The notes beneath the pieces were generated by a model that was given only the letters and a program-made list of their open reading frames with translations, ran no database searches and had not been told where the DNA came from. DNA of 51,561 bases from an uncultured Verrucomicrobia subdivision 3 bacterium (GTDB lineage: Bacteria; Verrucomicrobiota; Verrucomicrobiia; Limisphaerales; UBA11358): assembly GCA_903822015.1 (NCBI GenBank), contig CAIJNQ010000280.1, forward strand, positions 1 through 51,561. The letters are read 5' to 3'. The position numbers and the translations under genes are program-made. The stretch's first letter is position 1. The number at the start of each line of letters is the position of its first letter. Shown one piece after another: positions 8,668 through 16,701 of the stretch.

Positions 8668-11263
8668 CGCGGAAAATAGCCAGCGCGGGCGCGAACAAAC
8701 GCCGATGACTCAATCGCAATCTCAATCTGCGTCGGATGACACCAGTTTCGCAAAAAAAGCGAAGCCGGAACGCTTGTTGTCCGGTTACCATCGGAGTGCG
8801 GGCGCCTTCGACGAATTGCTCGCGGCGGAGGGTGATATTTTTCCGCATTATCAAAAATTGGTCGGCGAACTGGAGGATTTCGGCCCAGCGGAACTGACGC
8901 GCCGCGCGGAGGCCTCCCAGCGTTTTGTCCGCGAGCACGGCATCACGTACAACGTCTATGGCGACCCGCGGGGGCTGGAGCGTCCCTGGCAGCTCGACCC
9001 GATTCCCTTCGTCATCGCCCCGGCCGCCTGGCGTGAGCTCGAAATCGGTTTGGTCCAGCGCGCGGTGCTGCTGAACCGGATTCTCGCCGACTGCTATGGC
9101 GCGCAGGAGTTGATCCGGTCGCGGTGGCTTTCCCCGGCGCTCGTTTTTGGCCAGCCGGATTTTTTGCGTCCCTGCCATGGGATTCGCCTGCCGGGCGATA
9201 CCTTTCTCCATTTTTACGCCGCCGATCTTTCGCGGTCGCCCGATGGTCGCTGGTGGGTGGTTTCTGACCGCACACAGATTCCCACCGGTGCCGGCTACGC
9301 GCTGGCGAACCGCCTCGTCACCTCGCGCATCCTGCCTGAGCCGTTCCGCGATAATCACGTCCACCGGCTCGCCGGGTTTTTTCTCGCGGCGCAAACCGCG
9401 CTCGCCCAGCTCGCGCCGCGCCAGGCTGATAAGGCGCGCGTCGTCCTGCTCACGCCCGGTCCGCATAACGAAACGTATTTTGAGCAGGCCTATCTGGCCC
9501 GCTATCTCGGCTATACGCTAGTCGAGGGCCAGGATTTGACGGTGCGGGACAATCATGTCTTCTTGAAAACGTTGAGCGGTCTGGAGCGCGCGGATGTGAT
9601 TTTGCGCCGCGTGGATGACGATTTCTGCGATCCTCTTGAATTGCGGAACGATTCCATTCTCGGCGTCCCCGGACTCGTCGAGGCCGTGCGCGCCGGCAAC
9701 GTCGTCGTTGCGAACGCGCTCGGCAGCGGCCTGGTGCAAAGCCCGGCGTTCATGTCGTTCCTGCCCGGGTTGTGCGAGCATTTGCTCGGTGAAAAATTAA
9801 AATTGCCGTCGGTCGCCACCTGGTGGTGCGGCCAGACCCCCGCCCGGGAGCACGTTCTCCGGCATCTCGACCGGTTTGTGGTGCGGCCGGCCTTCCGCAC
9901 GCATCAGTCGCTGGCCGAGGTCGGGCCGGATGAGTTGCGGCGGCGCATCGAGTTTGACCCCGACCTCTTTGTCGCCCAGGAGCGGGTGGAGCTCTCCACG
10001 GCGCCAGCCTGGGATCAGGGTTCCCTTGTGCCGCAACCCGTCAGCCTCCGCGTGTTCCTGGTGGCGGACGGGCAGGGCGGTTATTGCGTGATGCCCGGCG
10101 GACTCACCCGCGTGTCGCCGGACACCGATGGAAAATTCATTTCCATGCAGCGGGGCGGCAGCAGCAGCAAGGACACCTGGATTCCTTCCGCCACCCCGGT
10201 GCAGGAGCTGACGCTGCTTCATGGCGCCAATCAAAATGTCGAGCTGCGGCGCACCGGGAATAATCTGCCGTCGCGGCTGGCGGATAATTTTTTCTGGCTG
10301 GGCCGTTATTCCGAGCGCGCGGATGCCACCTCGCGCCTGCTGCGGAGCGCGTTGCTCCGGTTCAATCCCGAGCGCGCTGGCGGGTCGCGGCCGCTGCTCG
10401 CGCCGCTGCTGCAAACGCTCGAAACCCAGGGCCAGTTGACCGGCATTTCCGCCCGGCCCGAGCTGTGGGCGAACGCCGAGGCCTTCGAGGCGGAATTGCT
10501 CGCCGCCATTTTTGATGCCGAACGCGCCGGCAGCTTGCGGCAGACGGCGGAACAGCTGCAGCGGCTCGCCATGCTCGTGCGTGACCGCACTTCCAATGAC
10601 ATGTGGCGCGTGTTGAGCCAGATTGACGATCGTCTCGCGGCCCCGCCGGCCCGGCAGGTCATGCTCGCCGGTGACGCAGTGGGCGTGTTGAACCAGACCC
10701 TGCTCGGTCTTGCGGCGTTCCACGGCCTTGCCCGCGAGAATATGACCCGGGCCCAGGCCTGGCGCTTCCTCGATATGGGTCTGCGCCTCGAGCGCGCCGT
10801 GTATCTTTGCACCCTCCTCGACGCGACGCTGCGCTCGTCCGACGCGGAAAACCCGAGTTTGCTCGAGGCCATCCTCGAAGTGGTGGATTGTTCCATCACA
10901 TTCCGCTCCCGCTACAACCTGCTGCCGACCATTCCGGCGGTCTTCGACCTGGTGCTGCTCGACGATAAGAATCCCCGCTCGGTACTTTTCCAGATCAAGC
11001 AGCTAGTGAAACATTTCGACAAGCTGCCGAAGGAGCGCGGCGACTCGGCAAGTCCGGGAAAAACCATCTTGGCTGGCTGCCTCTCGCGCTTGGAAAAAAC
11101 GGATGCCCGTGAACTGGCCGGCCCCCCTGAAAAGTGGCCGGAATCGATCGTCGCCGCGACCGTCCGGCAAACCCTCCGCGCGCTGCCGCAGTTGTCCGAC
11201 GCCATCGCTGCCAGCTATTTCGCGCATTCGGCGATTTCCCGCACGGGCCGCGGCGAGGTCTGA
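8660..11263 (+). CDS. Fused circularly permuted ATP-grasp :: alpha-E protein
   Basis: 867 aa. The N-terminal half is paralogous to 2590-4065 (YNVYGD, IPFVI, YALANR, VILRRVDDDFCDP, GVPGL, GGLTRVS...GGSSSKDTWI). The C-terminal half is alpha-E (LADNFFWLGRYSERADATSRLLR, LERAVYL). Its start overlaps the previous stop by 8 nt. Confidence 0.9.
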   Translation: MSDAENSQRGREQTPMTQSQSQSASDDTSFAKKAKPERLLSGYHRSAGAFDELLAAEGDIFPHYQKLVGELEDFGPAELTRRAEASQRFVREHGITYNVYGDPRGLERPWQLDPIPFVIAPAAWRELEIGLVQRAVLLNRILADCYGAQELIRSRWLSPALVFGQPDFLRPCHGIRLPGDTFLHFYAADLSRSPDGRWWVVSDRTQIPTGAGYALANRLVTSRILPEPFRDNHVHRLAGFFLAAQTALAQLAPRQADKARVVLLTPGPHNETYFEQAYLARYLGYTLVEGQDLTVRDNHVFLKTLSGLERADVILRRVDDDFCDPLELRNDSILGVPGLVEAVRAGNVVVANALGSGLVQSPAFMSFLPGLCEHLLGEKLKLPSVATWWCGQTPAREHVLRHLDRFVVRPAFRTHQSLAEVGPDELRRRIEFDPDLFVAQERVELSTAPAWDQGSLVPQPVSLRVFLVADGQGGYCVMPGGLTRVSPDTDGKFISMQRGGSSSKDTWIPSATPVQELTLLHGANQNVELRRTGNNLPSRLADNFFWLGRYSERADATSRLLRSALLRFNPERAGGSRPLLAPLLQTLETQGQLTGISARPELWANAEAFEAELLAAIFDAERAGSLRQTAEQLQRLAMLVRDRTSNDMWRVLSQIDDRLAAPPARQVMLAGDAVGVLNQTLLGLAAFHGLARENMTRAQAWRFLDMGLRLERAVYLCTLLDATLRSSDAENPSLLEAILEVVDCSITFRSRYNLLPTIPAVFDLVLLDDKNPRSVLFQIKQLVKHFDKLPKERGDSASPGKTILAGCLSRLEKTDARELAGPPEKWPESIVAATVRQTLRALPQLSDAIAASYFAHSAISRTGRGEV

Positions 11264-12135
11264 TGAACTACCACATCACCCATCGCACGCTTTATGAATA
11301 CGCCGCGCCGGTGTCGGTTTCGCACCACGTCGCGCGGCTCGCGCCCCGCGTCACGCCCGCGCAGGCGTGCGAAAATTTTTCCCTCTCCATTTTTCCCGAG
11401 CCGGCGCTGCGCAAGGAACGCACGGATTATTTCGGCAACCAGCTCTGCTTTTTTGCGATCCAGGAAATTCACTCGCGGCTGGAAATCATCACCCGCAGCC
11501 GGGTGGCGGTGTCGCCGCGCCCTCCCGCGCCGGACGAATCCCCTGCGCCGTGGGAATCCGTTGCCGGAATTTTCCGCGATCCGGTGTCGCCCGAGGTGGT
11601 CGAGCCTTATCAGTTCGTTTTTGATTCGCCGCAGATCCGCGCCTCACCGGCGCTGGCCGATTATGCCCGCGAAAGTTTCACCCCGGAAACGCCGCTGCTG
11701 GCCGGCGCGCGGGATTTGACGCGGCGAATTTTTACGGATTTCAAATTCGATCCCCAGGCCACCACCGTCGCGACGCCGCTGGAAGAAGTCTGGGCTAAGC
11801 GCCGCGGCGTCTGCCAGGATTTTGCGCACCTCGGCATTGCCTGCCTGCGTTCGCTGGGGTTGCCTGCGAGTTACGTCAGCGGTTATCTGCGGACCCGCCC
11901 CCCGGAAGGCAAACCCCGCCTCGTCGGCGTGGATGCGAGCCACGCCTGGTTCCGGGTTTTCTGTCCCGGCCCGGGCTGGGTGGATTTTGATCCGACCAAC
12001 AATGTCCGGCCCGCCGGGGAGCATGTCATCGTCGCCTACGGCCGCGACTATGGCGATGTCAGCCCGGTCGCCGGCATCCTCACCGGCGGCGGGGAACACG
12101 CGGTCAAGGTGTCGGTGGATGTCGCGGAAATTTGA
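11263..12135 (+). CDS. Transglutaminase family protein (small form)
   Basis: MNYHITHRTLYEY start, with ATG overlapping the upstream TGA (ATGA). Cys motif RRGVCQDFAHL, His DASHAWFRV, Asp VDFDPTN. The track ORF from 11134 is an out-of-context 5' extension. Confidence 0.9.
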   Translation: MNYHITHRTLYEYAAPVSVSHHVARLAPRVTPAQACENFSLSIFPEPALRKERTDYFGNQLCFFAIQEIHSRLEIITRSRVAVSPRPPAPDESPAPWESVAGIFRDPVSPEVVEPYQFVFDSPQIRASPALADYARESFTPETPLLAGARDLTRRIFTDFKFDPQATTVATPLEEVWAKRRGVCQDFAHLGIACLRSLGLPASYVSGYLRTRPPEGKPRLVGVDASHAWFRVFCPGPGWVDFDPTNNVRPAGEHVIVAYGRDYGDVSPVAGILTGGGEHAVKVSVDVAEI

Positions 12136-12138
12136 GCC

Positions 12139-12969
12139 ATGAAATGGGAAATCATTCATCGCACGAGTTACACCTACGCGTCGCCTGTCCGGGACAGCTT
12201 TAACGAGGTGCGGTTGCAGCCGTTTTCCAATGAGACCCAGACGGTGGATTATTTTCTCCTGAAAGTCCTGCCGGCGGCCCGGCTGCGGCATCATCACGAT
12301 TTTTATTCCAACGTGATTCATCACTTCGAGATCACCGAACCTCACAGCACGCTGCTGGTTGAAAGCAATCTGCGCGTGACGACCCGTCCGCGTCCGCAAC
12401 TGGCCGTGACGGAAACGCCGTGGCCGCTGGCGCGCATCGGCGAGGCGGCGCGCGAAACGCGGGTGTTCGATTTTTTGCAGGAGAGCCGGTTCGTGGAATT
12501 GTCGCCAGAGGTCTGGCGGCTCGCGCTGGACACCACCGCCGGCATGACGGACACCTGGCAGGCGGCGCTGGCGCTGATGAATTTCATCCACGGCCAGTTG
12601 AAGTATGAATCATACTCCACCAACGTCCACACCCATGCGCGCGAGGTTTTGAAGGATCGGCGCGGCGTCTGCCAGGATTTTGCGCATGTGATGATCAGCC
12701 TGTGCCGCACGCTGAAAATTCCCACCCTCTACGTCAGCGGCTACTTGGCGACCGAGGCGGCGAGCGCAACGCACGCGTGGGTGGAGGTGCTGATCCCCGG
12801 CCTCGGCTGGATTCCGCTCGACCCGACGCACAACCGTCAGACGGACGAGACCTATGTGAAGATCGCCGTGGGCCGCGACTATGCCGATGTCCCGCCCCTC
12901 ACGGGCAACTACAAGGGCACCACGGACCGCCAGATGCAGGTCCAGGTCGGTATTAAATCTCTGTTTTGA
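12139..12969 (+). CDS. Transglutaminase family protein (small form, second copy)
   Basis: 276 aa. MKWEIIHRTSYTY start, RRGVCQDFAHV, ATHAWVEV, IPLDPTH. Lies 3 nt after the previous gene. Confidence 0.9.
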   Translation: MKWEIIHRTSYTYASPVRDSFNEVRLQPFSNETQTVDYFLLKVLPAARLRHHHDFYSNVIHHFEITEPHSTLLVESNLRVTTRPRPQLAVTETPWPLARIGEAARETRVFDFLQESRFVELSPEVWRLALDTTAGMTDTWQAALALMNFIHGQLKYESYSTNVHTHAREVLKDRRGVCQDFAHVMISLCRTLKIPTLYVSGYLATEAASATHAWVEVLIPGLGWIPLDPTHNRQTDETYVKIAVGRDYADVPPLTGNYKGTTDRQMQVQVGIKSLF

Positions 12970-14842
12970 CGGACGGATTTACGCCGTTTGCCGTTTCCTT
13001 CGCCGCCCAGTCAAACCACTCGCTTAACACGATCAGCGTCCATAGTGCCCGGGCGTGATCGGCCTTGAGCTGGCAATGCTCCGCAAATAATTCTGCCGTC
13101 GCTGTCGTGCGGATGCCGATCTGTTCCAGCCGTTCATTGGCCAGTCTTTTCGCGGCCCACTCGCGCAGCGGGCCGCGCAGCCATTTGCCGATCGGCACGG
13201 ACAATCCGCGTTTGCGCCGATGCACGATGGGTTTCGGCAGGTAACGCAAGGCGTAATTTTTCAGAAAAATCTTGGTGGAAAAATTCTGCACCCGGTCGGC
13301 GGCCGGCAGGCTGGCGGCAAAGGCCATGACCGCTTCATCGAGAAAGGGCGCGCGCAATTCAAGCGCGGAAGTCATGCTCGCACGGTCGGCTTTCGTGAGC
13401 AGTCCCTCCGCAAGGAAGCTTTCCAGATCCCAGCGCTGCAATCGGTCCAGCAATAATCCGCCGTCGGCGGCGTCAACCGCGCGCGCCGGCGCGGCGGTGA
13501 TGCCCAGGCGCGCCAGCACCGGCGGTGCGATGTTCGACATCCATGATGCGTGGCGTCGGATGCCGTCCAGCTCCGCGCCTTGCACAAAACGTTTGAGCAA
13601 AAAGGACAGGGTCATCTTTTTCTCGCTGACCGGCAGCGCTTCCACCCCGCGCCGGATCGTCTTGCGCATCCACCCCGGCAGCTTGCCGAATTTTTCAGCG
13701 ATGCCCGCGCCGATGTAAGTCGGATAGCCGCCAAACAATTCATCCGCGCCCTCACCCACGAGCGCCATCGGGATATCCTCCGCCGCGCGGTGTGCGAGCA
13801 GCGCCGTCGGCAGCCACGCCGGATCCGCCAGCGGTTCCCCGACCGTTTTGATCAGGGTGGACAAGGCTGTCGGCAAATCGTTGGGCCGGACCCAGACCGT
13901 GACCGGTTCAAGCTTGAGCGAGGTCGCTACCGATTCGGCAAATTGGCCTTCGTCGAAGGACTCCTCTTCGAAGCGCAGCGTGTAAGCCCGCAGCCGCCGG
14001 TCGGGATGGAGTGAGCGCGTCACGGCTGACACCAGCGACGAATCCACACCGCCGCTCAAAAACACCGCGAAGTCCACGTCCACGTCGGATTGTCGCCGGA
14101 CGCTTTCGCGGAAAATGGTGTCGAATGCGTCGAGCGACGGTTTCTGTTTGGGCGTCTCGACATTGTTCCAGCGCCAGTAGCTCGCGTGCCGGATGCCGCG
14201 CGCGTCAAGCTCGACGATGCCGCCGGGCGGAACTTTTTGGATTCCGGCGAAGGGTGAGTCGGGGGCGGCGAACAATCCGAACTGGAGATAGCGCTGTAGC
14301 GCGGGTTTATTGAACGTGACCGGCAGTTTGCCCTCGGAGACGAGGCTGGCAATTTCCGTCGCGAACAGGACGTTGTGGGCCGTTTGCGTGTAGAACAGGG
14401 GGCGCTCGCCGGCCCGGTCGCGGATCAAAGTCAGCCGGCGTTCGCGCGGATCCCAGACGGCGATGGCAAACGCGCCGATCAGTTTCTCCGCGAACGCCGC
14501 GCCCAGTTCCAGATACATGCCGGGAATCACCGCAACGTCGGTCGCTTGTCTCACCAACCGGCCCCGTTCGGCCAGCCATTTTCGCAGTTCCTTGTGATTG
14601 TCAATTTCCCCATTGCAAACTGCCACCACGCCGCTGGCCTCGTCAATCATCGGTTGCCGGCCGTCATCCCCGCCGCGGATCGCCAGCCGCGTCGCCCCCA
14701 GCACGGCGCCTTCGGAGGCGTTCAGCCCGACGTCATCGGGGCCGCGATGCGAGAGCGCCTGCAGCATCGCGTTGACGCGTAGCCGGATGGATTCCGGCTG
14801 GCGTTCGCCGGCGATGCTGACAATGCCGCAAATTCCACACAT
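12953..14842 (-). CDS. asnB: Asparagine synthase (glutamine-hydrolysing)-like amidotransferase
   Basis: 629 aa. N-terminal MCGICG nucleophile (class II GATase) and SGGVDSS PP-loop. Its 3' end overlaps the convergent transglutaminase gene by 17 nt. Confidence 0.9.
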   Translation of the reverse strand: MCGICGIVSIAGERQPESIRLRVNAMLQALSHRGPDDVGLNASEGAVLGATRLAIRGGDDGRQPMIDEASGVVAVCNGEIDNHKELRKWLAERGRLVRQATDVAVIPGMYLELGAAFAEKLIGAFAIAVWDPRERRLTLIRDRAGERPLFYTQTAHNVLFATEIASLVSEGKLPVTFNKPALQRYLQFGLFAAPDSPFAGIQKVPPGGIVELDARGIRHASYWRWNNVETPKQKPSLDAFDTIFRESVRRQSDVDVDFAVFLSGGVDSSLVSAVTRSLHPDRRLRAYTLRFEEESFDEGQFAESVATSLKLEPVTVWVRPNDLPTALSTLIKTVGEPLADPAWLPTALLAHRAAEDIPMALVGEGADELFGGYPTYIGAGIAEKFGKLPGWMRKTIRRGVEALPVSEKKMTLSFLLKRFVQGAELDGIRRHASWMSNIAPPVLARLGITAAPARAVDAADGGLLLDRLQRWDLESFLAEGLLTKADRASMTSALELRAPFLDEAVMAFAASLPAADRVQNFSTKIFLKNYALRYLPKPIVHRRKRGLSVPIGKWLRGPLREWAAKRLANERLEQIGIRTTATAELFAEHCQLKADHARALWTLIVLSEWFDWAAKETANGVNPSVKTEI

Positions 14843-14848
14843 GTCGAA

Positions 14849-16630
14849 TCAGGGAGCCGGCAACTGCACCCCGACATATTGCGGGTTCAGTTGCTGGATG
14901 TTGGTTTTTTGTACCCCGGCGACCGCTTCCAGCCGGGCCCGGTCGTCGGCGTGGGCCAGCAGGTAAACCGGATGTTTTCGCCGGGAAATCCATTCGTCAA
15001 AATGGGTCGTCGAGACCAGGTTCGTCGGCCAGTCCGGTTCGTTCTTCAAGCAGAACAATATGTAGTTGCTCGAACTTGTGATTTCGCCGCCGTCCCGGGT
15101 CACCAGCGTGGCCGTGCGGTTGAGGTAAAACGGCAGGCCGTTGGGAAAGCATCCCCAGAAAACGAGTTGGGTTTCCGCCGGGAGCGGCGGCATTTGTTGC
15201 GCCAGCTGGCGGGCCGACTTGAAGTTGAAGACCACTTGGATTGCACCGAGGTTCAACGTGAATAACAGCACCGGAAAAACGGCGAAGAGTGCGAAACACA
15301 ATCCGGCATCGCGACGGAAACGCGCCAGCAACCCCAGCCCGCCAACCGCGGACAACAAAATGATCGGCGTGAGGAAATGCCGGCCCAATGCTTCGGCGTC
15401 TTCCACCGGCAGCCGCATCGGCTTGGCCAATGATGCCATGCGCGGCGAAAGATAAATTGCGGCGGCGGCGACCAGAAAACACAGCCCGGCCAGGGTGATC
15501 GCGGCGCGATAAATGATCCGCGCCGGTTTGCCCTCCGGATCGGCCATGGCCTGGTAAAAAAGTCGCGCGACCAGGATTCCGCAGGCTACCGTCACAGTCA
15601 GGATGTAGCCCGGCAGTTTGGATTTTGACAGCGAGAAGAAAATGATGACCACCACCGCCCACACCAGGCAGAGTCGGTCGGCCGGCGATTTGAACCATTT
15701 GTTTTTCCACGCCGCCACCCCGGCTTCGGGCAGAATGAAACTCCATGGTAGAAACAGCCCGGCGACAATCAGCGCATAGAAATAAAATGGCTGCGAGCGG
15801 TGAAAGGTCGTGGTGGTGAATCGGTGGAAGGATTCCTCGATGAGTCCGTAATAGGGGAAATCCGGATGTTGTAGTGAAAGCCCGATGAACCATGGCAGGG
15901 TCACGCCAAAGAACACCAGTAGATTCAACGGCGCAAAAAATCGTTTCCCGACGCCGCGCCTGCCTTCCACCCGGTGGAACCCGAACAGCACCAGGCCGGG
16001 AATGAGAAAGCCCACCGGCCCTTTCACTAGCGTTGCCAACCCCGCCGCCAGCGCGCCGAGCAGATACCAGCTGCGCCGGGAACTGCCCTCGCCTTCTTCA
16101 GCGCGATAGCCGGCGAAAATCGCCGCCACCATAAAAAATGCCAGCGCGATGTCAAAAATCACCGTCCGCGAAAGCACCACGTAAAGCGGCATCGTCGCAA
16201 TGATGATGACGGCCATCACCGCGCAGCGCGGGCCGTAGGCGCGTCGGCAAAAACCGTAGGCCAGTGCCAGCGTCGCCAGGCCGAAGAGTGCCGAGGGCAG
16301 GCGCGCCGCCGTTTCGTTGTTGCCGAACGCCGCCAGCGAAAGGGCCACACACTTGAAATAAAACGCCGGCTTGTCGAGGTAGGCGATCCCGTCGTAGCTG
16401 GGCGAAAGCCACGCGCCGGATTCCTTCATCTCGCGGGCGACTTCGGCGTTCCGCCCTTCGTCCGGCTGCAGCAATGGCAGGTTTCCCAGCTGGAAAAACA
16501 GCGCAAACCAGATGACGGCCAGAGCCATTAAAACCCATGCAGTTTCTGATTGCGGAACCAAGGATGAGCGGCGCGATTCGATGCGATATTTTGCCACTGC
16601 CAACTTGCAAGGCAAGCCCATCTGCGGCAT
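14849..16630 (-). CDS. Glycosyltransferase family 39 (ArnT/PMT-like) membrane protein
   Basis: Multi-TM protein with LLQPDEGRNAEVAREMKESGAWLSPSYDGIAYLDKPAFYF, typical of ArnT/PMT-type enzymes. The longest ORF reaches 16738, but that would overlap the divergent copA start, so I chose Met37. Met71 (16528) is also possible. Confidence 0.85.
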   Translation of the reverse strand: MPQMGLPCKLAVAKYRIESRRSSLVPQSETAWVLMALAVIWFALFFQLGNLPLLQPDEGRNAEVAREMKESGAWLSPSYDGIAYLDKPAFYFKCVALSLAAFGNNETAARLPSALFGLATLALAYGFCRRAYGPRCAVMAVIIIATMPLYVVLSRTVIFDIALAFFMVAAIFAGYRAEEGEGSSRRSWYLLGALAAGLATLVKGPVGFLIPGLVLFGFHRVEGRRGVGKRFFAPLNLLVFFGVTLPWFIGLSLQHPDFPYYGLIEESFHRFTTTTFHRSQPFYFYALIVAGLFLPWSFILPEAGVAAWKNKWFKSPADRLCLVWAVVVIIFFSLSKSKLPGYILTVTVACGILVARLFYQAMADPEGKPARIIYRAAITLAGLCFLVAAAAIYLSPRMASLAKPMRLPVEDAEALGRHFLTPIILLSAVGGLGLLARFRRDAGLCFALFAVFPVLLFTLNLGAIQVVFNFKSARQLAQQMPPLPAETQLVFWGCFPNGLPFYLNRTATLVTRDGGEITSSSNYILFCLKNEPDWPTNLVSTTHFDEWISRRKHPVYLLAHADDRARLEAVAGVQKTNIQQLNPQYVGVQLPAP

Positions 16631-16701
16631 TACGCCGATAATTTCCGCGGCGCGATTCGACAAAACCGCTTTGCCTGATAAAATATCCACGCCTAGATAA
16701 A

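Noticed and set aside
11134-11262. 5' extension of the transglutaminase ORF
   Set aside because: It lies inside the upstream gene in another frame. The family-typical N-terminus MNYHITHRTLYEY starts at 11263 with an ATGA overlap.
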